Of a stretch of DNA of 64,000 nucleotides, positions 37,013-46,178 are shown piece after piece; within the stretch, counting starts at the first letter, position 1, and each line of letters begins with the position of its first letter. The position numbers and the translations under genes are program-made. Location: assembly GCA_902574205.1 (NCBI GenBank), contig CACGMS010000002.1, positions 22,746 through 86,745 of the forward strand, read 5' to 3'. This DNA comes from an uncultured Candidatus Hydrogenedens sp. (GTDB lineage: Bacteria > Myxococcota > UBA4151). The notes below the pieces were generated by a model, which saw only the letters and a list, made by a program, of their open reading frames with translations, was not told the DNA's origin and did not search any database.

Positions 37013-38059
37013 TTGATGCTGCGTGCCGGAGTTTTGATCGCGATGACGGGTTGCCTAGCAACGGGTAGTTCTAAGAAGGCGCCGACGGATCGAATTGAAC
37101 GCCGTTCATCGAGTCCGAAAACCAAAGCGAAAGCCCAAGGTCCAAGCGCTTTATCGGAGGCACCGGGCGAGGGCGAGCGACCGGAATTGATCGATTCAAG
37201 TTTGGCAATTGAACTCGACAACGGGCGCGGTGGTGGTTCGGTGCGGGTCGGGGTTGCCTTCGCTCTGCACGGTTTGTTCGCTACCGATGACGCCATCCGT
37301 TTGCGCTTGCTAACCGCTGCGGGTCGACCGATCGGTAAGCCCGTTCGATGCCCCCAGCGGGCGAGTCGGCGAACCGGCACGAGGGTGACGTGTCGAGCAC
37401 GAGTGGATCAACGAGCAGGCGAGTTGCCGGTTCGCAAAGGACAGTATCGGTTTCGTATCGAGCACCTTCGCGCCAACAAGCCGTATTTACTGCGCAAAGG
37501 TCGCTTCAATGTTTTCCCGTGCAGTTTTGGCTTGTGCTTGGATCAGGATTATCTGACCGGCGAGCATTGGGCTGAATTTGAAGGGCGCCGGCTCACCTTC
37601 CGAGTCACCGTCAAGCGACGCTCCGCCGCGCTCGCGTTGCATCGAAACCCAAAGCGTCAAGCCAAGGCAAAGCCGCCGTTTCCCATCGAAACGATTTCGA
37701 CCAAATGTCAGCGTGGTAAACAGCAAGTCGGGAAGACGAGTGAGTCGTTTGAGATCTTGAATGATGATGGTATTTGGACGACGCTCCGGGCGAGGAGTGG
37801 TGCTGGCGTCAAGCAGTTGAAGAAAATCGGGCCAGGCCGCCTGAGTTGCTTCGTGCGGATCAACGGACGAGACAAAATACGTTTGGATATGAAGATTAAC
37901 GAACAGGGGTCTCTAACACTACACCGGCTGCAAAAGCGGGAAAATAACCCAATTCGCTCATCTTGGTTTTGGGTGGACGCGCGTCGTCCGAAGCGGCTTG
38001 ACGCGAATGCGCGTGTGGGTCGGTCTGTTCAACGACTGCGTCTTTTGGGAAAGCGCTAA
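37013..38059 (+). CDS. Highly basic (Arg-rich) lipoprotein, hypothetical.
   Basis: Lipobox (LIAMTGCLA). Very high Arg/Lys content throughout. No recognisable domain. Confidence 0.5.
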   Translation: MMLRAGVLIAMTGCLATGSSKKAPTDRIERRSSSPKTKAKAQGPSALSEAPGEGERPELIDSSLAIELDNGRGGGSVRVGVAFALHGLFATDDAIRLRLLTAAGRPIGKPVRCPQRASRRTGTRVTCRARVDQRAGELPVRKGQYRFRIEHLRANKPYLLRKGRFNVFPCSFGLCLDQDYLTGEHWAEFEGRRLTFRVTVKRRSAALALHRNPKRQAKAKPPFPIETISTKCQRGKQQVGKTSESFEILNDDGIWTTLRARSGAGVKQLKKIGPGRLSCFVRINGRDKIRLDMKINEQGSLTLHRLQKRENNPIRSSWFWVDARRPKRLDANARVGRSVQRLRLLGKR

Positions 38060-38123
38060 GCAGCATTCATTGACAGCCTAAGGGTCAAGGGCCACATCGG
38101 GCTGCCACGCACGGGAGATCATT

Positions 38124-39152
38124 GTGTCTAACTGGCTCTCACGCCTCGCTTTGACTACCGACCTAGCTATTGACCTAGGGACAGCAAATACGGTGGTCGC
38201 CGTGCGCGGACAGGGGATTGTACTCGACGAACCTTCGGTGGTTGCCATTCGAAGGGGCTCGCGGCCGACGAAAGTCCAAGCCGTGGGGCGAGAAGCCAAA
38301 GATATGTTGGGGAAAACTCCAGCAGCGATCAAAGCGATTCGGCCGATGCGTGAAGGGGTGATTTCGGACGTCGATGTCACCGAGGAAATGATTCGTCGCT
38401 TTATTGAAAAGGCGGTGGGGCGTCGGCCGCTTCGTGCACGAATGCTCATCTCTGTGCCGGCGGGTATCACTCAAGTTGAACGCAAAGCCGTACGCGATGC
38501 GGCACTCAAGGCGGGAGTTAAGGAAGTTCATTTGATCGAGCAGCCGATGGCTGCAGCAATCGGCGCCGGCTTGCCCGTCAGTGAACCGCGTGGGTCGATG
38601 ATCGTGGATATCGGTGGCGGCACCACCGATGTAGCGGTGATCAGTCTGGGCGCGATGGCAACAGAGTATACGCTTCGGACCGCTGGTGATGCGATGGATC
38701 TCGCGATTCAGCAGTATATTCGTGAGCGAAAGGGTATTTTAGTGGGTTTACCCACGGCTGAGAAAATCAAGATGAAGATCGGCTCGGCGCATCCTCTTGA
38801 AGAAGAACTTGAGATGGATGTGCGCGGACGAGACGCGTTGCAAGGTGTCCCCCGGTCTGAGGTTGTGACGTCGGTTGACGTCCGTGAGGCGGTTGCCGGT
38901 TGTATCGCCGAAATTGATCAAGCAGTCCGAAAAGTCCTTGAGGAAACCGATCCAGAGCTTGCCAGTGACTTAATGGAGCATGGAATCTTGCTTGCGGGTG
39001 GTGGTTCTCAGTTGCTTGGGTTGGACGCCCACTTAACTGAAGTGACGCAAGGCCTGAAGGTGCGTTGCGCAGAGACTCCCCTGCATGCGGTGGTCCACGG
39101 CGTGCTTGTGGCGCTTGAGCAACTCGATACCTACAGAGAACTTCTGCAGTAG
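38124..39152 (+). CDS. mreB: Rod-shape/actin-like protein MreB.
   Basis: GTG start after GGGAGA. DLAIDLGTANTVVAVRGQGIVLDEPSVVAI matches the MreB phosphate-1 motif. Full-length conservation. Confidence 0.92.
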   Translation: MSNWLSRLALTTDLAIDLGTANTVVAVRGQGIVLDEPSVVAIRRGSRPTKVQAVGREAKDMLGKTPAAIKAIRPMREGVISDVDVTEEMIRRFIEKAVGRRPLRARMLISVPAGITQVERKAVRDAALKAGVKEVHLIEQPMAAAIGAGLPVSEPRGSMIVDIGGGTTDVAVISLGAMATEYTLRTAGDAMDLAIQQYIRERKGILVGLPTAEKIKMKIGSAHPLEEELEMDVRGRDALQGVPRSEVVTSVDVREAVAGCIAEIDQAVRKVLEETDPELASDLMEHGILLAGGGSQLLGLDAHLTEVTQGLKVRCAETPLHAVVHGVLVALEQLDTYRELLQ

Positions 39153-39283
39153 GAATTCGCGTCGATCGCTTACGTTCTTGATCGGTATCTGTATCAGGGT
39201 TAGCAGGCACCATCTTGAGTTGGTATCGACGACAGCAGGTCGTTCATAAGTGCTCAACAAACGATTCACTGATAGGCAATTGC

Positions 39284-40558
39284 ATGACGACATTTCGTGA
39301 GCTTGGCCTCGCCGAGGCCTTACTCAAAGCACTAATCGTTGAAGGTTACGAGGTGCCTACTCCTGTGCAGGAATTAGCAATTCCACCATTGCTTGAAGGC
39401 AAGGATGTTTTAGGAGTGGCGCAAACAGGAACGGGTAAGACAGCAGCGTTTGCCCTCCCCGTTCTTCAGGCGATGTTGGGCAAAAAACCTCAAGCAAAGC
39501 GCAAGGTTAGAGCGCTCGTACTTTCGCCAACGCGTGAGCTCGCGGCTCAAATTGGTGATCGGTTCGCCGCCTATTCCAAAGAACTCGATTTGCGTCATTT
39601 GGTGATTTTTGGAGGGGTTAATCAAAACCCTCAAGTGCGAGCGCTGCGGCGCGGTTTGGATATTCTAGTGGCGACGCCTGGGCGGCTTTTGGATCTCGTA
39701 GGTCAAGGTTATATTGACCTAACTGAGGTTGAATTTTTCGTGCTCGATGAGGCGGACCGTATGCTGGATATGGGCTTTATTCATGATATTCGTAAAGTCC
39801 TGCGTATTTTACCTAAAGCTCGTCAGAATCTTTTGTTCAGTGCGACGATGCCATCGAGTATTTCAGATCTAGCGGGCTCTTTCTTGCGCAACGCCGTTCG
39901 AGTTGAGGTCACTCCAGAGACCGTCACTGTAGAACGCATTGAACAGCGCGTCATGTTTGTAAAGAAACCCGATAAGCGACGCTTGCTTGGCGATTTAATC
40001 AAGGCTCATGACGTGCGCTGCGGGATTGTGTTCACCCGCACGAAACACGGTGCCAATCGTTTGGTTAAACAACTCAGTCAGGTCGGTATTGAGGCAGCAG
40101 CTATTCATGGCAACAAAAGTCAAAATGCGCGCAATCGCGCCATGAATGGGTTTCGTTCGGGTGAATTACCGATTCTGGTGGCCACCGATATTGCGAGCCG
40201 CGGAATCGACGTCGATGGCGTGACGCATGTCTTTAATTTTGATTTACCTAATGAGCCGGAAAGCTATGTTCATCGGATTGGTCGAACAGCACGAGCAGGT
40301 AAGAGCGGTCTCGCGATTGCCTTTTGTGACGAAAGCGAAGGTGCCTATCTTAGGGCGATCGAGCGACTTACTGGTGTTGTACTTACGGTTGATGATGAGC
40401 ATGAATACCATCATCCCCCGGCGGTACCGCCGCCGGCGAAACCTCGTCAGGCAAGGCGAGCCGCTTCGCCAAAGCAAGGGACTCGGACAGACCAAAATAG
40501 CTCTTCTCGTCGTCGCCGTCGTCGTCGTCGCGGACCCCATCGCGGGAATGCCCATTGA
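39284..40558 (+). CDS. DEAD-box ATP-dependent RNA helicase with an Arg-rich C-terminal tail.
   Basis: Q-motif region. AQTGTGKTAAF (motif I), VLDEADRM (motif II), SAT, HRIGRTAR. The tail ...SSRRRRRRRRGPHRGNAH. ATG 39284 is preferred over the ORF-track start 39215. Confidence 0.9.
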   Translation: MTTFRELGLAEALLKALIVEGYEVPTPVQELAIPPLLEGKDVLGVAQTGTGKTAAFALPVLQAMLGKKPQAKRKVRALVLSPTRELAAQIGDRFAAYSKELDLRHLVIFGGVNQNPQVRALRRGLDILVATPGRLLDLVGQGYIDLTEVEFFVLDEADRMLDMGFIHDIRKVLRILPKARQNLLFSATMPSSISDLAGSFLRNAVRVEVTPETVTVERIEQRVMFVKKPDKRRLLGDLIKAHDVRCGIVFTRTKHGANRLVKQLSQVGIEAAAIHGNKSQNARNRAMNGFRSGELPILVATDIASRGIDVDGVTHVFNFDLPNEPESYVHRIGRTARAGKSGLAIAFCDESEGAYLRAIERLTGVVLTVDDEHEYHHPPAVPPPAKPRQARRAASPKQGTRTDQNSSSRRRRRRRRGPHRGNAH

Positions 40559-40612
40559 CCAAGACGGTTGTGGCGCCTAGAAGCGCACGCTTCTCGACCC
40601 AATGGAGAGATC

Positions 40613-42595
40613 ATGAATGAAGCTAAAGGCGGCGCAGGAGCCTATCTCCTCGTCATGTTAATTGCCGGCGGTGCCGGTTTCTATTTTGGACAGCAAAGTG
40701 CCGGTACACCGGCAACAGCAGCAGTCGACGGTGATATCGATTGCAACTCTGACGCCGTTCAAGAGTGTCTCAATGCTGAACCGATTTACAAGATTCCAGT
40801 TGGTGATGCGGCGACTAAAGGTAACCCTGAGGCGCTGGTGACGATCGTTGAAGTTAGCGATTTCCAATGTCCCTTCTGTAATCGAGTCAATAAGACCATC
40901 GATCAGTTGATGAAGGGTAAGTACGGCAAAGATTTGCGAGTCGCATTTTATCACAACCCCCTTGGTTTTCATAATCGCGCTGAGCCTGCGGCGGTCGCTG
41001 CGGAAGCGGCGGGTCGACAAGGCAAGTTCTGGGAAATGCATGACAAATTGTTCGCTAACTTGCGAAACCTGACCGACGCCAACTTTGATAAGTGGGCAGG
41101 TGAACTTGCTTTGGATATGACCAAGTTTAAAGCGGATCTCAAAGATCCCGCGTTGCTCAAGAAAGTTAAGGCACAGCAAGCCACAGCGGTGAAGCTCGGT
41201 GCCCGAGGTACCCCAGCTTTCTTCATCAACGGTCGCTTCTTGAGCGGCGCTCAGCCGCTCGCTAAGTTTGAAGAAGTGATCGAAAAGGCGCTCAAAGACG
41301 CCAAGAAGCAGATCAAGAAGGGCGTTGCTGCAAAAGATGTCTACGCAAAGATCATCGAAAAGGGCGCAACCTCGAAGGTGAACAACCCGGCTCCTGCCGC
41401 AGCGCAGCCGCCTGCGCGTCCCAAGCCTCCGGCGGATACGCGTCAAAACGTGCCGGTCAAGAAGAGCTACCGCGGTAAAGGGACCTGGCCTGCTAAGGTG
41501 GTGATCGTTGAGTACTCTGACTTTGAATGTCCCTTCTGTTCACGTGGTGCAAAGACTGTCGAAGACATCATGAAGAATCACGGCAAAGACGTGTACTTTA
41601 TCTACAAGCACAACCCCTTAGGCTTCCACCCCAATGCTGAGCCTGCCGCACGCGCTTGTGAAGCCGCGGGTATGCAGGGCAAGTTCTTTGAAATGCACGA
41701 CAAGATGTTCGCTGATTATAAAAATCTCACGCAAGAGAACTTTGAGAAATGGGCGAAAGAACTGGGTCTGAATGTCGCCAAGTTCAAGAAGGACATGAAC
41801 TCGCAAAAGGTCAAAGATATCGTCAAAGCTGACGTCGCCGAAAGCGCGAAGGTTGGCGCTCGGGGTACCCCGAACTTCTTCGTCAACGGTATTCCCGTTC
41901 GCGGGGCGCTCCCTTATGATCGCTTCAAGCCAACCATCGAAGCCGAACTCAAAAAGGCGGACGCGTTGATCAAGAAGGGCGTGAAGCTCAAAGATGTGTA
42001 TGCTGAAGTGATGAAGGAGGCCGGTAAGCCTGCTCCGAACTTCAAGCTGCCGAACGCGCCGGTCAAACCTAAGGGTCCAGTCAAAGTCGATGACCACCCA
42101 GAGGACATGGCATTTGGTCCGAAGAACGCCAAAGTTACGATTTACGAGTTTAGTGACTTTGAATGTCCCTTCTGCTCAAAGGGTGCCGACACCATCACGG
42201 CGCTTAAAAAAGAGTATGGCGATAAGATTCGAGTGGTGTTCAAGAACTTGCCGCTGTCCTTTCATAAGAACGCAGAACTTGCGGCGAGAGCAGCTCATGC
42301 AGCCGGTAAGCAAGGTAAGTTCTGGGAAATGCACGATAAACTGTTCGCTAACTTTCGCACTTTGGGCGAAGCATCGATTAAGGGCTTTGCCAAAGAAATT
42401 GGTGTGGACATGGCGAAGTGGGAGAAAGATCTCAACAGTGAGTCGACCAAAGCGAAAGTTGAAGCCGATAAGAAACTCGCCAATAAGGTGGGTGCTCGGG
42501 GAACGCCCAACTTCTATATCAATGGTGATCACCTTGCCGGTGCTCAGCCGATCGATCGGTTCAAGGCGATTATCGATAAGCATTTGAAGAAATAA
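40613..42595 (+). CDS. Membrane-anchored protein with three tandem DsbA-like thioredoxin-fold domains (thiol:disulfide oxidoreductase).
   Basis: ATG 40613 after GGAGAG. TM (AYLLVMLIAGGAGFYF). Three repeats, each with a C-P-F-C active site (DFQCPFCNR, DFECPFCSRG, DFECPFCSKG), the ...FH... motif and the cis-Pro loop (GARGTP). Confidence 0.8.
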   Translation: MNEAKGGAGAYLLVMLIAGGAGFYFGQQSAGTPATAAVDGDIDCNSDAVQECLNAEPIYKIPVGDAATKGNPEALVTIVEVSDFQCPFCNRVNKTIDQLMKGKYGKDLRVAFYHNPLGFHNRAEPAAVAAEAAGRQGKFWEMHDKLFANLRNLTDANFDKWAGELALDMTKFKADLKDPALLKKVKAQQATAVKLGARGTPAFFINGRFLSGAQPLAKFEEVIEKALKDAKKQIKKGVAAKDVYAKIIEKGATSKVNNPAPAAAQPPARPKPPADTRQNVPVKKSYRGKGTWPAKVVIVEYSDFECPFCSRGAKTVEDIMKNHGKDVYFIYKHNPLGFHPNAEPAARACEAAGMQGKFFEMHDKMFADYKNLTQENFEKWAKELGLNVAKFKKDMNSQKVKDIVKADVAESAKVGARGTPNFFVNGIPVRGALPYDRFKPTIEAELKKADALIKKGVKLKDVYAEVMKEAGKPAPNFKLPNAPVKPKGPVKVDDHPEDMAFGPKNAKVTIYEFSDFECPFCSKGADTITALKKEYGDKIRVVFKNLPLSFHKNAELAARAAHAAGKQGKFWEMHDKLFANFRTLGEASIKGFAKEIGVDMAKWEKDLNSESTKAKVEADKKLANKVGARGTPNFYINGDHLAGAQPIDRFKAIIDKHLKK

Positions 42596-42633
42596 ATCGA
42601 CCGCCAATAGCGGTGGATCATGCTTGAAGAAGG

Positions 42634-42668
42634 GAGCCTCATGACGAGGCTCTCTTTTTCATTTTTTG
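42634..42668 (+). terminator. Rho-independent terminator.
   Basis: GAGCCTC-atgac-GAGGCTC perfect 7-bp stem followed by tctttttcattttttg. Confidence 0.65.
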
Positions 42669-42731
42669 TGACCCGTTGACGTCTCGTAGCTAAGGCCGCT
42701 TTATCACTCAGGTCGTAAGGGGTTCATCGCT

Positions 42732-43355
42732 TTGAATGCGGATCTTAAATTTTGGCTCAAAGAGGCGCAGTTGATGGGCTTTACCGATGTCGCGTTGAAT
42801 CCTTCTGTGCCTATTGAGGTGGCGGTTGAATGCGATGCGGAGCCGGTCGTTCAGTTTGCCCATCCCATCGAGCCCGTAGGTCAGCGATTTACCGTCGGTT
42901 TAGGACCACGAGACGCTGAACTGATGTTTATCGGCCTTGGTGAGTCAAAGGGTGACTATTTTGATGGTCGCGGTATGGTTGGTGACGCTTTTGACCTGTT
43001 GTCAGCCATGATTGAGAAAGGGATGAAACGCTCGCGCCGAGATATTTTTGTGAGTTGGACGATCCCGACTAATTTGCATGAACAGGGCGGAGTAGAGGAC
43101 GATTGTTTGAGGTGTTTGCGCGCTCAGATTGATTGGGTTTCACCAAAGGTTATTGTTCTTTTGGGCGCCAGGGCTTTGCAACTATTTCGCCCGGACTTAC
43201 AAGATGTAGGTCGTTATCGTGGTCAATGGATAGAGTTAGCAGGACGCATGGCATTGCCGACTTTTCACCCCGAATTTTTGCTGCGTCAGCCTCAGGCGAA
43301 ACGCACTGCATGGCAGGACCTTCAACAGGTCATGGAGCGCCTCGGATGGTCTTAG
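42732..43355 (+). CDS. Uracil-DNA glycosylase superfamily protein (divergent family 4/5-like).
   Basis: LMFIGLGESKGDYFDGRGMVGDAFDLL aligns with the family-4 GEGPG...FVGKAGQLL region. The C-terminal HPEFLLRQP matches the HPSxLLR motif. Start is TTG 42732 (or ATG 42774). Only 3 Cys in total. Confidence 0.6.
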   Translation: MNADLKFWLKEAQLMGFTDVALNPSVPIEVAVECDAEPVVQFAHPIEPVGQRFTVGLGPRDAELMFIGLGESKGDYFDGRGMVGDAFDLLSAMIEKGMKRSRRDIFVSWTIPTNLHEQGGVEDDCLRCLRAQIDWVSPKVIVLLGARALQLFRPDLQDVGRYRGQWIELAGRMALPTFHPEFLLRQPQAKRTAWQDLQQVMERLGWS

Positions 43356-44035
43356 TTTTTGGTCTACTTTTTGTTTTGGCGACTCCGCAAACCACGGAAA
43401 TTCGCACAGAGATCCAAGTCGAAGCAACCCAACCACCGGATCGTCGGGCTGAATTAGCCGGCGAGATCAGTCGCGCGCAAAGCGAGCTCGAAGAGGTTCG
43501 TCGGGTGATGCAGAGTCTTCCAGAGGGCGAAGAAAAGGAAGCCGAAAGCAAACGAATTAAAGCATTAGATGACCAGATAAAGGAAATGCGAAAATTGGTC
43601 TTGCAGTTGCCGGACCCGCCTCGAGATTTGGTTCAGCCGGTTGAGCAACTTCCATCCGTCCAGGTTGACGCGACCAGCGTGTCGTCGGCGCAGACCGCTT
43701 CGGTGGGCTCATCTTCATCGGTTTGGATTGGGTGGGGCTTTGGCTTAATCATCGGTGCCTTTTTAGCGTTTGCCTTCGCTTTTCGTGTGTTGCCAGGTCA
43801 GCTTCCCGAAGGTGCCATGCGCATGCCTCAGTTGGCTGTAATCGCTGCGCTGCTTGCGGCTATAGGCCCCCAGTTACAGTCGCTCAATTATGATCAGTTG
43901 CCTATTGTATTGGGTTGGGTTGCGCTGAGTGTAGGTGCGGTTATTCGACTGGGTATGCGTCGCGTACGTTCACAGATCGAACTTTTTTCGTTAGACCGAC
44001 TTCGTGCTCAAAGTCAGGAGGACGAGGATGAGTAA
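43346..44035 (+). CDS. Hypothetical membrane protein with a signal peptide, a coiled-coil and two C-terminal TM helices.
   Basis: The ATG 43346 start gives [19 protein letters not shown]. The ORF-track start 43133 would overlap the UDG gene by 220 bp and is unlikely. Confidence 0.5.
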   Translation: MVLVFGLLFVLATPQTTEIRTEIQVEATQPPDRRAELAGEISRAQSELEEVRRVMQSLPEGEEKEAESKRIKALDDQIKEMRKLVLQLPDPPRDLVQPVEQLPSVQVDATSVSSAQTASVGSSSSVWIGWGFGLIIGAFLAFAFAFRVLPGQLPEGAMRMPQLAVIAALLAAIGPQLQSLNYDQLPIVLGWVALSVGAVIRLGMRRVRSQIELFSLDRLRAQSQEDEDE

Positions 44036-44870
44036 CGACGGATTAGTCCAAGCGATTACCGCTGAGGTGCAGCGTCGGCTCAAAGATCCTGTAACCGGTC
44101 AGCCCAAGCGAAGTTGGCACAGTGAAGATGCTCGATTGCCTCATCGTCAACGAGCGGCAGTTGAAAAGCCAGCACCTCAAGGTCCCGATGTACCACCCCC
44201 GAGTTCGAAACAACTGGCTCAGTTGATTGATCATACGCTGTTGCGCCCAGAAGCTACGGACGAGCAGTTGCGAAAGGTGTGTGCTGAGGCGCGTCGGTAT
44301 CAGTTCAAAACGGTCTGTGTTAACTCGTGCAACGTACGATTGGTCGCCCAGGAGCTTAGCGGCAGTTCGGTCTTACCGATCGCCGTGGTTGGCTTTCCGC
44401 TCGGCGCTCAGAATCCCGACGCCAAAGCATATGAAACCCGTCAGGCGATTCGCGATGGCGCCAAAGAGATTGATATGGTGATCAACATAGGCGCCTTAAA
44501 GTCGACGCGCTATGCCGAGGTTTTAGACGATATTCGAGCTGTGGTTGAAGCCGCTGCACCTGCGCCGGTTAAAGTCATTCTTGAAACGTCACAGTTGACC
44601 GAAGAAGAGAAAGTGATTTCTTGCGCGTTATCCAAAGCTGCTGGCGCCGCGTTTGTGAAAACGAGCACCGGATTCGATAAGGCAGGCGCAACGGTTGAGG
44701 ACATCACGCTCATGCGTCGTGTGGTTGGTCCGGACCTTGGCGTCAAAGCATCGGGCGGTGTGCGCAGTAAAGCCGATGTCGAAAAGATGGTTCGAGCAGG
44801 CGCCACCCGTGTGGGTGCGAGTTCGTCGGTGACGATTGTTACCGGGGGTACTGCCTCGGGAAGCTATTAG
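44028..44870 (+). CDS. deoC: Deoxyribose-phosphate aldolase DeoC.
   Basis: [12 protein letters not shown]...FKTVCVN...VVGFPLGA...KVILETSQL...FVKTSTGF...GVKASGGVR matches the DeoC fingerprint and catalytic Lys. ATG 44028 after AGGAGG is plausible. The protein has a roughly 50-aa N-terminal extension. Confidence 0.82.
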   Translation: MSNDGLVQAITAEVQRRLKDPVTGQPKRSWHSEDARLPHRQRAAVEKPAPQGPDVPPPSSKQLAQLIDHTLLRPEATDEQLRKVCAEARRYQFKTVCVNSCNVRLVAQELSGSSVLPIAVVGFPLGAQNPDAKAYETRQAIRDGAKEIDMVINIGALKSTRYAEVLDDIRAVVEAAAPAPVKVILETSQLTEEEKVISCALSKAAGAAFVKTSTGFDKAGATVEDITLMRRVVGPDLGVKASGGVRSKADVEKMVRAGATRVGASSSVTIVTGGTASGSY

Positions 44871-44879
44871 CGTTATCCG

Positions 44880-46178
44880 ATGAACCCTGTTGATCTAATT
44901 GCGAAGAAGCGCGCAGGCCAAGCGCTGAGCGATGAAGAGATCGCATGGTGGATCGCCGCCTACACGCACGCCGAGGTCCCCGATTATCAGATGGCGGCGA
45001 TGGCCATGGCGATTTGCTTTCAAGGGCTCAATGCGCGCGAAACGAGTGTCTGGACGACCGCCATGAGAGATTCGGGTAAGCCGATTTCCTTTGAGGGCAT
45101 GGCGGGCTTTCGAATTGATAAACACAGTACCGGTGGCGTTGGCGATAAGATATCGATTCCCTTAGCTCCCATCGTTGCTGCTTTGGGTTTACAGGTACCC
45201 ATGATTTCGGGTCGAGGCTTAGGACTGACCGGAGGAACTCTTGATAAACTTGAATCCATTCCTGGTTATCGAACCGATCTGAGTTTAGACGAGTTTAAGC
45301 GCACCGTCCTGACTACGGGTTGTTCAATTATTGGTCAGACCGGTCAGCTTGCGCCTGCCGACCGCAAACTCTATGCGCTGCGTGATGTCACCGCGACCGT
45401 CAGCTCGATTCCGTTAATTGTTGCCTCGATTTTATCAAAGAAGTTGAGTGAGGGGCTTGATGCTCTGGTTCTCGATGTCAAGTTTGGCTCGGGCGCATTC
45501 ATGTCCGACTTTGATCAAGCCAATGATCTAGCTCAAGCGCTGGTTTCGGTTAGTCAGTTGAATGGAGTCGCCTGTTCGGCGTTGATCACCGATATGAATC
45601 AGCCGATTGGCCGCTGTATCGGTAATGCGTTGGAGATCAAGGAGAGTATCGAGGTGCTCAAAGGTCAAGGACCAGCCGATACTTGGGAGCTCACCGAAGC
45701 GCTCGCGGTGCGCATGTTGCGATTATCTGGTGAAGCCAAGCACGATGATGAAGCCCGAGAAGCGATTCATGCCGTCGTCGATTCAGGGCGCGCACTAGCA
45801 CGGTTTTCGGAGATGATTTCGGCTCAAGGTGGCGACGCGCAAATCATTGACGATGAGACTCGGATGCCCCAGGCGCCTCGTATTGAAGAGGTCAATGCGC
45901 AGTGCACGGGTATGCTCAAGCGAATTGATGCCCAAGCGGTGGCGCGAGCTGGTCATAGTGTGGGGGTTGGGCGTGAGCGAGCCGATCAAGCTGTGGATTT
46001 AGCGGTGGGTGTGGAGTGGTTGGTTGAACCTGGACAGGAACTGGCACCAGAGACACCGATTGCTCGTTTGCATTGGCGCGATAAAGGTCGAGACGAAGCG
46101 CTCGATTATTTGCGTGCAGCGTTGATTATGGATGGTGAGGTTCAGCCGAGAACAGGGCGTATAAGGGCACAGGTTTAA
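44880..46178 (+). CDS. deoA: Thymidine/pyrimidine-nucleoside phosphorylase.
   Basis: IDKHSTGGVGDKISIPLAPIVAALG is the conserved phosphate-binding segment. 432 aa. Confidence 0.87.
   Translation: MNPVDLIAKKRAGQALSDEEIAWWIAAYTHAEVPDYQMAAMAMAICFQGLNARETSVWTTAMRDSGKPISFEGMAGFRIDKHSTGGVGDKISIPLAPIVAALGLQVPMISGRGLGLTGGTLDKLESIPGYRTDLSLDEFKRTVLTTGCSIIGQTGQLAPADRKLYALRDVTATVSSIPLIVASILSKKLSEGLDALVLDVKFGSGAFMSDFDQANDLAQALVSVSQLNGVACSALITDMNQPIGRCIGNALEIKESIEVLKGQGPADTWELTEALAVRMLRLSGEAKHDDEAREAIHAVVDSGRALARFSEMISAQGGDAQIIDDETRMPQAPRIEEVNAQCTGMLKRIDAQAVARAGHSVGVGRERADQAVDLAVGVEWLVEPGQELAPETPIARLHWRDKGRDEALDYLRAALIMDGEVQPRTGRIRAQV

Noticed and set aside
40658-42607. Several 140-260-aa minus-strand ORFs.
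   Set aside because: Antisense to the triple-DsbA CDS, whose three CPFC domains are unambiguous.
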